NCBI RefSeq assembly: GCF_002116905.1
Contig: NZ_CP015118.1
Coordinates: 4,548,351 to 4,612,350, forward strand
DNA length: 64,000 bases
From: Piscinibacter gummiphilus
GTDB lineage: Bacteria > Pseudomonadota > Gammaproteobacteria > Burkholderiales > Burkholderiaceae_C
Direction: 5' to 3'
Within the stretch, counting starts at the first letter, position 1. Every line of letters starts with the position of its first letter. The notes under the pieces are model-generated. The model had not been told where the DNA came from and searched no databases. It saw only the letters and a program-made list of their open reading frames with translations. Of the stretch, positions 11,085-20,008 are shown in pieces. The position numbers were made by a program, and so were the translations under genes.

Positions 11085-11951
11085 ATGTCAGTCACCAAGG
11101 CAATCTTCCCCGTGGCCGGTCTCGGCACCCGCTTCCTTCCCGCCACGAAGGCCCAGCCGAAGGAAATGCTGCCGGTGGTGGACAAGCCGCTGATCCAGTA
11201 CGCCGTGGAGGAAGCCTATGCCGCCGGCGTGCGGGAGATGATCTTCGTCACCGGCCGGCACAAGCGCCCCATCGAAGACCACTTTGACATGACTTTCGAG
11301 CTCGAGGTAGCCCTCGAACAGGCGGGTAAGCAGGAGTTGCTGGACGTGGTACGGAGCGTCAAGCCCGACGACATGGAGTGCATCTACGTGCGCCAGCCGC
11401 AGGCCCTGGGCCTCGGCCACGCCGTGCTGTGCGGCCAGCGCCTCGTGGGCAACGAACCGTTCGCCGTGCTGCTCGCGGACGACCTGATGGTGGGTGATCG
11501 TCCGGTGCTCAAGCAGATGGTGGAGCAGTACAACGAGTGGCGCGTGTCCATCCTCGCCGTGCAGGAAGTGCCGGCGGAACACACACGCCGCTACGGCATC
11601 GTGGCGGGAACGGCCATCAACGACCGCCTGATGGACGTCAACCGCATGGTGGAAAAGCCGGCGCCGGAAGATGCGCCGTCGCGCCTGGGCGTGGCCGGCC
11701 GCTACATCCTGACCCCCGGCGTCTTCCACGAGATCGCCAACCAGCCGCGCGGCGTGGGCGGCGAGATCCAGCTGACCGACGGCATCGCCGGCCTGCTGCG
11801 CCGCGAGAAGGTGTTCGCGTACAGCTACGAAGGCAAGCGCTACGACTGCGGCAGCAAGGAGGGGTTCCTGCAGGCCAACGTGGAGCTGGCGCTGAAGCAC
11901 CCGGTGCTGGGCCCGGGCTTCCGCGACTACCTGCGCACGCTCGAGATCTGA
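11085..11951 (+). CDS. galU: UTP--glucose-1-phosphate uridylyltransferase
   Basis: [34 protein letters not shown] ... VEKP motif; 288 aa. Confidence 0.9.
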   Translation: MSVTKAIFPVAGLGTRFLPATKAQPKEMLPVVDKPLIQYAVEEAYAAGVREMIFVTGRHKRPIEDHFDMTFELEVALEQAGKQELLDVVRSVKPDDMECIYVRQPQALGLGHAVLCGQRLVGNEPFAVLLADDLMVGDRPVLKQMVEQYNEWRVSILAVQEVPAEHTRRYGIVAGTAINDRLMDVNRMVEKPAPEDAPSRLGVAGRYILTPGVFHEIANQPRGVGGEIQLTDGIAGLLRREKVFAYSYEGKRYDCGSKEGFLQANVELALKHPVLGPGFRDYLRTLEI

Positions 11952-11957
11952 AAAACG

Positions 11958-12036
11958 GTCATCCCGGCGAACGCCGGGATCCACCGGTGAACAGCGCGCC
12001 CCGCCCGCAGTGGGCCCCGGCGTTCGCCGGGGTGAC
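11958..12036. repeat. REP/BIME-like inverted repeat pair (family copy 2)
   Basis: GTCATCCCGGCGAACGCCGGGATC at 11958-11981 and the identical 29-mer CAGTGGGCCCCGGCGTTCGCCGGGGTGAC at 12008-12036, in the galU/tusA-like intergenic space. Confidence 0.6.
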
Positions 12037-12048
12037 GGGCATCGGGGT

Positions 12049-12285
12049 TCAGCGCCGCCGCAGGTAGTGCACGAACTCGCCGCCTTCGGCGGTCTGCTCG
12101 ATCAGCTCGTTGCCCGTCTGCCGGGCGAACGCCTGGAAATCGCGCGTGGACCCGGGGTCGGTGGCCACCACCTTCAGCACGTCGCCGCTGTGCATGTCCG
12201 CCAGTGCCTTCTTGGCCTTCAGGATGGGCAGCGGGCAGTTCATGCCGCGGGTGTCGATTTCCTTGTGGACGGTGGGTGCGTTCAT
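12049..12285 (-). CDS. TusA-family sulfurtransferase (SirA/YedF/YeeD-like)
   Basis: MNAPTVHKEIDTRGMNCPLPILKAKKAL carries the CPxP motif; 78 aa. It is the internal start of track ORF 12049..12747. Confidence 0.7.
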   Translation of the reverse strand: MNAPTVHKEIDTRGMNCPLPILKAKKALADMHSGDVLKVVATDPGSTRDFQAFARQTGNELIEQTAEGGEFVHYLRRR

Positions 12286-12839
12286 GTCGATTCTCGCGGC
12301 GAGCCGGCCGGGGGCCACTCGAGCCATTGGGGTTCGATGCCGCGCGAGCGCAGCCAGTCGGCCACCGCCTGGCCCGTGCCGGCGGGCCAGCACTTCACCT
12401 TCTCGGGCGGCACCAGCTTGTACTCGGCCAGTTCGGGCGACAGCGTCACCTCGCCGCGCGCCACGACGTGGTACGCGATGATGACCTGGTTCATGCGCTG
12501 GAAGTCGTAGACCCCCACCAGGTTCACGGCCTCGGCGGTGAGTGCCGTTTCCTCGAACACCTCGCGGGCGATGCCCTCCTGCGGCGTCTCGCCCGCTTCC
12601 ATGAAGCCGGTGACGAGGCCGAACATCTTCTGCGGCCACGCGGCGTTGCGGGCCAGCAGCAGCTGGCCGCCCGCCTCGGGCAGCTCGATCACGGCGGCGA
12701 GCACCGGGGTCGGGTTGTTCCAGTGGGTCCAGCCGCAGGACGGGCAACGCGTGCGCTCCTTCGGGCCGCCATCCTCGACTTCGGTGATGCGCTGCAGCGC
12801 GGTGGCGCAGTTGGGGCAGAAGTGGAATGCGTGGACCAT
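12282..12839 (-). CDS. NUDIX hydrolase with N-terminal zinc ribbon
   Basis: CPNC...CPSC zinc ribbon followed by a Nudix box GLVTGFMEAGETPQEGIAREVFEETAL. Confidence 0.75.
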   Translation of the reverse strand: MVHAFHFCPNCATALQRITEVEDGGPKERTRCPSCGWTHWNNPTPVLAAVIELPEAGGQLLLARNAAWPQKMFGLVTGFMEAGETPQEGIAREVFEETALTAEAVNLVGVYDFQRMNQVIIAYHVVARGEVTLSPELAEYKLVPPEKVKCWPAGTGQAVADWLRSRGIEPQWLEWPPAGSPREST

Positions 12840-12843
12840 GGCG

Positions 12844-13767
12844 TCAGGCCGGGAAGACGCCGGTGGAGAGGTAGCGGTCGCCGCGGTCGCAGACGATGAA
12901 CACGATGGTCGCGTTCTCGACCCGCTTGGCGACTTCGAGCGCGGCCCAGCAGGCGCCCGCCGCGGAGATGCCCGCGAACAGGCCGTCCTCGCGGGCGAGG
13001 CGCCGCACCATGTCCTCGGCGTTCTCCTGGCTCACCTCGATGGTCTCGTCGATGTTCGTCGGGTCGTAGATCTTCGGCATGTAGGCCTCGGGCCACTTGC
13101 GGATGCCGGGGATGCGCGAACCCTCGCTCGGCTGCGCGCCGATCACCTGGATGGCCGGGTTCTTCTCCTTCAGGAACTTCGACGTGCCGGTGATGGTGCC
13201 GGTGGTGCCCATCGCGCTCACGAAGTGCGTGATGCGGCCGTCGGTGTCCTTCCAGATCTCGGGGCCCGTGGATTCGTAGTGGGCGCGCGGGTTGTCGGGG
13301 TTGCCGAACTGGTCGAGCACCCGGCCCTTGCCCTCGCGCTGCATCTGCTCGGCGAGGTCACGGGCGTATTCCATGCCGCCGCTGCGGGGCGTCAGCACGA
13401 GTTCCGCGCCGAAGGCCTTCATGGTCTGCGCGCGTTCGATGCTCAGGTCCTCCGGCATGATCAGGACCATGCGGAAGCCGCGCACGGCCGCGGCCATCGC
13501 CAGGGCGATGCCGGTGTTGCCGGACGTGGCCTCGATCAGCGTGTCGCCGGGGCGGATCTCGCCGCGCTCCTCGGCGCGCTTGATCATGCTGATGGCGGGA
13601 CGGTCCTTGACCGAGCCGGCCGGGTTGTTGCCCTCGAGCTTGCCGAGGATGACGTTGCCGCGCCGGTCGTTCTCCGCGCCGGGCACACGCACCAGCCGCA
13701 CCAGCGGGGTGTTGCCGATCGAGTCTTCGAGTGTCTTGTAGGTCTTCATGCGCTCTCCTGCCGCCAT
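12844..13767 (-). CDS. cysM: cysteine synthase B (O-acetylserine sulfhydrylase)
   Basis: LKLEGNNPAGSVKDRPA (PLP lysine), ITHFVSAMGTTGTITG, IPGIRKWP, CDRGDRYLSTGVF; collinear with E. coli CysM. The true start may be the internal MKTYKT at 13749. Confidence 0.85.
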   Translation of the reverse strand: MAAGERMKTYKTLEDSIGNTPLVRLVRVPGAENDRRGNVILGKLEGNNPAGSVKDRPAISMIKRAEERGEIRPGDTLIEATSGNTGIALAMAAAVRGFRMVLIMPEDLSIERAQTMKAFGAELVLTPRSGGMEYARDLAEQMQREGKGRVLDQFGNPDNPRAHYESTGPEIWKDTDGRITHFVSAMGTTGTITGTSKFLKEKNPAIQVIGAQPSEGSRIPGIRKWPEAYMPKIYDPTNIDETIEVSQENAEDMVRRLAREDGLFAGISAAGACWAALEVAKRVENATIVFIVCDRGDRYLSTGVFPA

Positions 13768-13884
13768 TGTCGCAGGAGCGGGAGAACCCGGCCGGCATGC
13801 GGAATCTCGGGCTGCACCTCGTTACCGCCCCCCTCGCCGGCTCCGGTACGCTTCGCTCCACAAAAGGAACCCAGGGAGAGAGGG

Positions 13885-15279
13885 ATGGACCGTTCGAAAC
13901 ACTGGCACGTGGCCGCGCTGCTGGGCGCCGTCGCGTGCCTGGCCACCGCGGGGTGTGGGGGTGGAGGCTCCGACACACCCGCCACGCCGCCGGCCCCGGC
14001 CGTGACACCGTCGCCACCGGCCGCGGCGCCGCCCGCCTCCGCGCCCCCGTCGGCACCGGCGTCCGCCCTCACCCCGGCTTGCGCGAACTTCTACACCACC
14101 GCCTTCACGCTGTCCGGCACCCGCACCACCGATCCCATCGCCACGCTCGCCAAGCCCGCGAAGGGCGCGGCCTTCGCGGAACCCGCGTACGGCACGTGTG
14201 TCGTGCGGTCCACCGACCACGCGGCCGACGGTGTCGCCGGCTTCACCCGCAACGACTACTCGCGCCGCCAGGCCTTCAACGCCACCGGCACCCACTACCT
14301 CGCCTACGCGCTGAACGGCAGCTGGCACCTGTACGAGACCGCCACGCGGCAGCGCGTCAAGGTGCTGCCCGGCCCCGGCGGCGATGCCGAGCCGCAGTGG
14401 CACGCCACCGACGGCGACAAGCTCTACTACCTGCCCACCAACGGCGTCGGCATGAAGGTGAACGAGCTCACGGTGTCCACCGGCGCCACGCGCGTGGTGG
14501 GCGACCTGGGCGCCCGCCTGAAGGCCCGCTGGCCGGCCGCCGCGGTGGCGTGGACCAAGTCCGAAGGCGCACCGTCGCGCGACCAGCGTTACTGGTGCTT
14601 CATGGTCGAGGACGTGAACTTCGGCACCCTCGGCGTGGCCACGTGGGACCGCGACACCGACAGCCTCGTGGGCACGATGAACACGAACGGCGACCGCCCC
14701 GACCACGTCAGCATGAGCCCGAGCGGCGACTGGTGCGTGGTGTCCGGCGACGGCGCGCGCGGCACGGTCGCGTACTCGCGGGACTTCTCGCAACAACGCA
14801 AGCTGCTCGCGAAGTCCGAGCACTCCGACATCGCGATCGGCGCGAACGGCGACGACCTCTACGTCTCGGTCGACTACCAGTCGGCCCAGGGCGACCTCTT
14901 CATGATCAACCTGCGCACCGGCGAACGCACGGCGCTGCTGCCCACCTACCTCGCGGGCACCACCAACGCGCTGCACATCTCGGGCAAGGGCTACGACAAG
15001 CCGGGCTGGGTGATCGTGTCGGTCTACGCGGGTTTCATTCCCGCCGGCGGCAGCCGGCAGTGGATGCACGACAAGGTCTTCGCGATGGAACTCAAGGCCT
15101 CGCCGCGCACGTTCAACCTCGCGTTCCACCGCTCGCTCTACAACGAGTACTGGACGGAACCGCACGCGACCGTCAGCCGCGACTTCACGAAGGTGCTGTT
15201 CAACTCGAACTGGAACACCGGCAGCAAGGACGACGTGGACGCCTACATGGTGGAACTGCCGGCGGACGCGGTGAAGTGA
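13885..15279 (+). CDS. hypothetical secreted lipoprotein (beta-propeller-like composition)
   Basis: MDRSKHWHVAALLGAVACLATAGCGGGG lipobox followed by a Pro/Ala-rich linker; 464 aa. Track ORF 12538..15279 has 449 junk residues upstream (antisense of cysM). Confidence 0.6.
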   Translation: MDRSKHWHVAALLGAVACLATAGCGGGGSDTPATPPAPAVTPSPPAAAPPASAPPSAPASALTPACANFYTTAFTLSGTRTTDPIATLAKPAKGAAFAEPAYGTCVVRSTDHAADGVAGFTRNDYSRRQAFNATGTHYLAYALNGSWHLYETATRQRVKVLPGPGGDAEPQWHATDGDKLYYLPTNGVGMKVNELTVSTGATRVVGDLGARLKARWPAAAVAWTKSEGAPSRDQRYWCFMVEDVNFGTLGVATWDRDTDSLVGTMNTNGDRPDHVSMSPSGDWCVVSGDGARGTVAYSRDFSQQRKLLAKSEHSDIAIGANGDDLYVSVDYQSAQGDLFMINLRTGERTALLPTYLAGTTNALHISGKGYDKPGWVIVSVYAGFIPAGGSRQWMHDKVFAMELKASPRTFNLAFHRSLYNEYWTEPHATVSRDFTKVLFNSNWNTGSKDDVDAYMVELPADAVK

Positions 15280-15298
15280 CGGCCACGGCGCGCGGGGC

Positions 15299-15541
15299 TC
15301 AGGCCTTCCGCGCGTCGACCCCTGCCACGCCCGAATCGATCAGGTAGCGCGCGCCCACCTGGGCCTCGCGGATGGCCGAGGCCAGGTTGGGCGCGGGGCC
15401 CACGTCGCCCGGCGAATGCTCGACGCCGTCGATCCGGAGGAACCAGTTCCAACGCCCGCCTCCGGCATCGGAAAGAACGATCTCCACCGCGTGGCCACGG
15501 TGGACGAACGCGGTCGCGTCCTCGGGTACTTCGTACGACAT
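15299..15541 (-). CDS. small hypothetical protein (80 aa), paralog A
   Basis: MSYEVPEDATAF...WNWFLRIDGVEHSPGDVGPAPNLASAIREAQ; resembles the neighbouring 80-aa ORF (shared NW.ID..G and LASxIRxxxAQ segments). Confidence 0.35.
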   Translation of the reverse strand: MSYEVPEDATAFVHRGHAVEIVLSDAGGGRWNWFLRIDGVEHSPGDVGPAPNLASAIREAQVGARYLIDSGVAGVDARKA

Positions 15542-15681
15542 CGGAATCCTCTTCGCCTTCTCGCAACAACGATGGGGCGCGAGGTTCCGCGAATCGGCGA
15601 AACGCCGCAACCCCTTGGCTGGAGGACCTGGGGTTCAGGCGAGCGGAGGGCGTGAGTTCCGGCACGCTCCGGAACAGGCGC

Positions 15682-15924
15682 CTAAGGCGTCAGGTCCCAC
15701 TGGGACTGCGCCTGGGCGATCACCGCGCGGATGCTGGCGAGGTACGCGTGGCCATTGCCCACGTGATCGATCGTCCAGTTGGGACCTTCGCCCGGCGGGT
15801 CGATCAGGTGCACGGGAAAGCCGACTTCGACGGCCTCCCCGTCCTCGACCACGGCGGGAATCTCGTGGACCAGACGCGCCACCTCGTCATGAATCTCGTG
15901 GGCCGTTTTCGCGATCCTCGTCAT
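15682..15924 (-). CDS. small hypothetical protein (80 aa), paralog B
   Basis: MTRIAKTAHEIHDEVARLVHEIPAVVEDGEAVEVGFPVHLIDPPGEGPNWTIDHVGNGHAYLASIRAVIAQAQ; same length as the ORF 140 bp downstream, with weak similarity to it. Confidence 0.35.
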   Translation of the reverse strand: MTRIAKTAHEIHDEVARLVHEIPAVVEDGEAVEVGFPVHLIDPPGEGPNWTIDHVGNGHAYLASIRAVIAQAQSQWDLTP

Positions 15925-16041
15925 CAGCGTCTCCCGTGGATGGATGGCCCCATCATGAACCAGGCGCGCGAAGACGGTCTCCGGTGGAACCCGGGTGGCG
16001 ACGAGGGTATGGGAGCGGGAGCGTGTGGCAGGGTCTGGCCC

Positions 16042-16125
16042 TGGTGCCCCGGGTCGGACTCGAACCGACACTCCTTGCGGAACCGGATTTTGAGTCCGGC
16101 GCGTCTACCATTTCACCACCGGGGC
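16042..16125 (-). tRNA. tRNA-Leu (anticodon CAA)
   Basis: Reverse complement GCCCCGGTGGTGAAATGGTAGACGCGCCGGACTCAAAATCCGG-TTCCGCAAGGAGT-GTCGGTTCGAGTCCGACCCGGGGCACCA. Hand fold: 7-bp acceptor stem, 3-bp D stem, anticodon loop CTCAAAA, 13-nt variable arm (class II), T loop TTCGAGT, CCA encoded. Confidence 0.85.
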
Positions 16126-16240
16126 CGGTGCGAGCGGAACGGAACATTCTGCCACACGCCCGGGTCGGAACCCGAGCGCCCGGGGCCGATCCGCAAACCG
16201 GGTACCCTAGCGCCTTTGCTGACTTCTCCGGACCCCGCGC

Positions 16241-16804
16241 ATGCCCCCGATGCCCCCCGTGACCCAAGCCCTGCTGCTCATCAACGTGGGCATGTTCTGC
16301 GCGCAGTACCTCCTCAACCTGCAGGCGCTCGCGCTGTGGCCGATCGACCGCGGCTTCCTGCCGTGGCAGATCGTCACGTACAGCGTGCTGCACGCCGACA
16401 TGTTCCAGCTGTTCTTCAACTCGCTCGGGCTCTGGATGTTCGGGGCCGAGCTGGAACGCGTGTGGGGCGGCAAGCGGTTCACGCAGTTCTGGCTCGCAAG
16501 CGTCGTCACGGGCGCATTCACGCAGCTGGCGCTGTCCGCGGCCCTGGGATGGGGCAACCCGACGGTGGGTGCGTCGGGCGGCCTGTTCGGCCTGCTGCTC
16601 GCGTTCGGCATGATGTTCCCGAACCAGGTCATCATGCCGCTGTTCCCGCCCATCCCGATGAAGGCGAAGGTCTTCGTGGTGGTGTTCGGCGCCCTGGCGC
16701 TCGTGCTCGGCCTCATGGCCCGCAGCGCGCACCTGGGCGGCATGATCGGCGCCTTCCTGATGATCCAGTACTGGCGCGGCCGCCCGCCGTTCGGCCGGCG
16801 CTGA
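16241..16804 (+). CDS. rhomboid family intramembrane serine protease
   Basis: Multi-TM protein with a GASGGLFGLL (GxSG) catalytic serine motif and a downstream His-containing helix (AHLGGMIGAF). Confidence 0.8.
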   Translation: MPPMPPVTQALLLINVGMFCAQYLLNLQALALWPIDRGFLPWQIVTYSVLHADMFQLFFNSLGLWMFGAELERVWGGKRFTQFWLASVVTGAFTQLALSAALGWGNPTVGASGGLFGLLLAFGMMFPNQVIMPLFPPIPMKAKVFVVVFGALALVLGLMARSAHLGGMIGAFLMIQYWRGRPPFGRR

Positions 16805-16818
16805 GCTCCGAACGCCCG

Positions 16819-17721
16819 TCAGGCGACCAGCCCTTCCCGCACCGTCGGGTAGCGCAGCACGAGGCGCAGTTCCGCCACGAGCCGCCGGTTGTCGAGCCGG
16901 CGCGACTCGCTCCAGAACGACATCTGCATGGGCGACATCGTGCGCTCCGCCTCGGCGCGCGTGATGCGCGGTGGCCGCGGCAGGCCGCACAGGTCCGCGG
17001 CCAGGTCGAAGTACTCGCCCATGCGCAGGTCGGTGTGGTCGCTCGCGTGCACGATGCGCTGCGGCAGGCCGCGGTGCAGCGCCGCCACGCAGGCGCGGGC
17101 GAGGTCGTCGGCGTGGATGTGGTTCGTGAAGACGTCGTCCTCGGCCACCAGCACCGGCGTGGCCTTCGCGAGGCGCTCGCGCGGGTGGCCCCCAGGGCGA
17201 TCGCCCGCATAGATGCCGGGGATGCGCAGCACCGTGGCGCGCACGCCGGCGCGGCGGCCGAACCACCGCACGCGGGCCTCGGCGTCGACCCGCCGCCGTG
17301 CGCGGTCGGTGGCCGGGTTCACGGCGCGGGTCTCGTCGAACCGCGCGCCGCCCGCATCACCGTACACGCCGGTGGTGCTGCCGTAGACGAGGCGTCGCAC
17401 GCGGCCCTGGCGCGACAGCGCGTCCAGCAGGTGGCGGGTGCGTTCGTCGGTGTCGCCGTCGCGCGCGGGCGGCGCGAGGTGCAACACGGCATCGGCGAGG
17501 CCCGCGAGCCGGCCCAGCGTGGCGGGCGTGTCGAGGTCACCCACCAGCGGCACCGCGCCGGCCGCGCGCAGCTCGGGTGCGCGGGCCGCCGTGGACGTCA
17601 GCGCCAGCACGCGCCAGCGCCCCGCGAGCAGCCGGACGACACGCAGGCCCACGTCACCACACCCCACGATCAACAGGACGGGCCGGCGGAAGCGGGTGGG
17701 ACGGGTGGACGGCGTGGGCAT
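16819..17721 (-). CDS. NAD-dependent epimerase/dehydratase family (SDR) protein
   Basis: N-terminal LLIVGCGDVGLRV Rossmann motif and YGSTTGVYG (YxxxK-type region). Start chosen at MPTPST; the track start at 17787 is also possible. Confidence 0.6.
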   Translation of the reverse strand: MPTPSTRPTRFRRPVLLIVGCGDVGLRVVRLLAGRWRVLALTSTAARAPELRAAGAVPLVGDLDTPATLGRLAGLADAVLHLAPPARDGDTDERTRHLLDALSRQGRVRRLVYGSTTGVYGDAGGARFDETRAVNPATDRARRRVDAEARVRWFGRRAGVRATVLRIPGIYAGDRPGGHPRERLAKATPVLVAEDDVFTNHIHADDLARACVAALHRGLPQRIVHASDHTDLRMGEYFDLAADLCGLPRPPRITRAEAERTMSPMQMSFWSESRRLDNRRLVAELRLVLRYPTVREGLVA

Positions 17722-17780
17722 GGGATCGCGGGCAAAATCGGGGTGTGGAAGATGAGCGAATTGCCGGAAGAGATTACCCC

Positions 17781-18812
17781 ATGACATTCAACGTCACCGT
17801 GTTGCCGAGCGGTGTGAGCTTCGAGGTGGACCGCAACGAACCCATCCTGGCCGCGGCCATCGAGAAGGGCATCGGCCTGCCGTACGGCTGCAAGGACGGC
17901 GCGTGCGGCTCCTGCAAGTGCCGCCTCGTGGAAGGCCGTGTCATCCACGGCGCCCACCAGGCCAAGGCGCTGAGCGCCGAGGAAGAGGAAGCCGGCATGG
18001 TGCTCACCTGCGTGGCCGCGCCGCAGACCGACGTGGTGCTCGAGGCCCGCACGGTGGCGGGCGCGGGCGAGTTCCCGGTGCGCAAGATGCCGAGCCGTGT
18101 GATCAGCATCGACAAGCCCGCGCCCGACGTCGCCATCATCAAGCTGCAGCTGCCGGCGAACGACAAGCTCGCGTACCACGCGGGCCAGTACATCGAGTTC
18201 ATCCTGCGCGACGGCAGCCGCCGCAGCTACAGCATGGCCACCGCACCGCACACGCAGGAGACACAGCCGGGCATCGAGCTGCACATCCGCCACATGCCCG
18301 GCGGCAAGTTCACCGAACACGTGTTCCACGGCATGGCGCCGAAGGAGATCCTGCGGCTCGAAGGGCCGTTCGGCAGCTTCTTCCTGCGCGAGGACGCGCC
18401 CGGCCCGGTCATCCTGCTCGCCAGCGGCACGGGCTTCGCGCCCATCAAGGCCATCGTGGAACACATGCGCCACAAGGGCGACGCGCGTCCCGTGCACCTG
18501 TACTGGGGCTGCCGCAGCCTCGTCGACCTCTACGCGCACGCCTGGCTCGTGGAGGCCGCGCGCACGACGCCGCAGCTGACGTACGTGCCGGTGCTGAGCG
18601 AGCCGAAGCCCACGGACGAATGGACCGGCCGAACCGGCTTCGTCCACCTGGCGGTGATGGCGGACTTCCCCGACCTCTCGCAGCACCAGGTGTATGCGTG
18701 CGGCGCGCCCATCATGGTGGAGACGGCGCAGCGGGAGTTCGTGACGCACCGCGGGCTGCCGCCCGACAACTTCTACGCCGACTCCTTCACGAGCGAAGCG
18801 GACAAGCACTGA
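17781..18812 (+). CDS. 2Fe-2S ferredoxin / FAD-NAD(P) oxidoreductase (CDP-6-deoxy-3,4-glucoseen reductase-like)
   Basis: N-terminal plant-type ferredoxin CKDGACGSCKC...C; RRSYSMA (RxYS FAD motif); GTGFAPI NAD(P) motif; 343 aa. Confidence 0.75.
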   Translation: MTFNVTVLPSGVSFEVDRNEPILAAAIEKGIGLPYGCKDGACGSCKCRLVEGRVIHGAHQAKALSAEEEEAGMVLTCVAAPQTDVVLEARTVAGAGEFPVRKMPSRVISIDKPAPDVAIIKLQLPANDKLAYHAGQYIEFILRDGSRRSYSMATAPHTQETQPGIELHIRHMPGGKFTEHVFHGMAPKEILRLEGPFGSFFLREDAPGPVILLASGTGFAPIKAIVEHMRHKGDARPVHLYWGCRSLVDLYAHAWLVEAARTTPQLTYVPVLSEPKPTDEWTGRTGFVHLAVMADFPDLSQHQVYACGAPIMVETAQREFVTHRGLPPDNFYADSFTSEADKH

Positions 18813-18827
18813 GGCCCGGCCGCGGCC

Positions 18828-19064
18828 TCACCCCCGCTCGGCCACGAACGGCTGCTCGATCTGGAACTCCCCGGCGGTGTCCTTCACGATCCGCACGATG
18901 ACGGGCAACATGTCATCGGGGCCCACCCAGGTGGAGCCGCCGCGGGCACGCTCCCAGTCCCCTCGCGGGATCGCGACGAACTCGACCCCGGGCTTCCAGG
19001 CCGGGTCGGCCTGCAGGCGGCGGTTGAGTTCGGCGATGTACTGGTCGTTGGTGAGCGAGGCCAC
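18828..19064 (-). CDS. small hypothetical protein (78 aa)
   Basis: Protein-like composition. Its ATG overlaps the stop of the upstream 61-aa ORF (ATGA at 19064). Confidence 0.4.
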   Translation of the reverse strand: MASLTNDQYIAELNRRLQADPAWKPGVEFVAIPRGDWERARGGSTWVGPDDMLPVIVRIVKDTAGEFQIEQPFVAERG

Positions 19065-19249
19065 TACAGCTCCAGGTGCATCTGGTGCTCTTCGTCGTGG
19101 GGATGCAGCGTGGCGAGCGCCTTCTCGGTGGCCACGATCTCGTCGGCGATGCGATCGATCTTCGGCCGGTTCCAGGCCGGAGCGGCATAGGCCTCTTCCA
19201 GCTCGTTGCGAAGGCGGTGGTATTTGCCCGTCAGTTCAGTGAATCCCAT
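19064..19249 (-). CDS. small hypothetical protein (61 aa)
   Basis: MGFTELTGKYHRLRNELEEAYAAPAWNRPKIDRIADEIVATEKALATLHPHDEEHQMHLEL; the two small genes are translationally coupled. Confidence 0.35.
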   Translation of the reverse strand: MGFTELTGKYHRLRNELEEAYAAPAWNRPKIDRIADEIVATEKALATLHPHDEEHQMHLEL

Positions 19250-19834
19250 CGAAGGCTCCTTTTGGGTCTCTGCTGCGGTGCAGTATGACCCAAGTGGAAA
19301 CCCTAGGGTGTAGGACAACAGGCGTCACGAGGGGTGAGATTGTCGCAACGGTGTGTCGCGTGGGGCCGACGTGGCCTCACCGCGACATCGAACCGAGCAG
19401 GCCCCAGGCCCAGCCGGCCACCAGGGGCGCCAGCAGCACGATGGCCAACCAGACCACGGCATGGCGAACCCAGCGGGCACGCCGGTACCGCAGGCGGCGC
19501 CCGGGCCCCAGCAATCCGTCGGAGGTGGTGAAACTGACACGGCCGGTGAGTTCTCCCGGGCGTGTCGATCGCGCCGCCGCAGCGGCACGGTGAGGGGCGG
19601 CACTCGAAGGCGGGATCACGCGGCCTCCAACGGCCGACCAGCCCTGCCCCCGCATCCCCACGGCGATGTCGTCGGTCATCACGATTCTCCCCAACCCGCC
19701 GGAACGGTCCGGCCCCGACGCCAGTGTGAAGGCCACTCTTCGGCCACCGGGTAGGCGCTGGGCGCGGCCGCTTGTCGGCGCCGTCCGACAAGGCTCACTC
19801 CCACCGGCGCTTAGAATGCCGTGCCCTGCGCTCC

Positions 19835-19909
19835 CTCGCCGTAGTTCAATGGATAGAACGGCCGCCTCCTAAGCGGCAAATACAGGTTCGATTCCTGTCG
19901 GCGGGACCA
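19835..19909 (+). tRNA. tRNA-Arg (anticodon CCU)
   Basis: CTCGCCG-TA-GTTCAATGGATAGAAC-G-GCCGCCTCCTAAGCGGC-AAAT-ACAGGTTCGATTCCTGT-CGGCGGG-A-CCA. The D loop and T arm closely resemble E. coli argW. Acceptor stem as folded here has C1:G72 and a U2:G71 wobble. Confidence 0.8.
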
Positions 19910-20008
19910 GCCACTTTGCGGCAAAGTGCCAGCAGGCGCAGGACGGAAGGCATCAACAGGCGCGACAGACGCCGATGCCCCACGCGACTCAGGGAGAGAA
20001 GAGGGACC

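Noticed and set aside
13822-15165. 447-aa minus-strand ORF and other ORFs overlapping the lipoprotein gene 13885-15279
   Set aside because: The plus-strand product has a lipobox signal peptide and normal composition. The overlapping frames are Arg/Gly/Ala-rich junk.
15953-17266. 437-aa minus-strand ORF spanning tRNA-Leu and the rhomboid gene
   Set aside because: It overlaps a tRNA and is antisense to a clear rhomboid protease (GxSG), and is compositionally biased.
17298-18812. 504-aa track ORF as a single protein
   Set aside because: The first 161 residues are Arg-rich out-of-frame overlap with the epimerase gene. The real ferredoxin-reductase starts at MTFNVTV (17781), which has an upstream purine-rich stretch.
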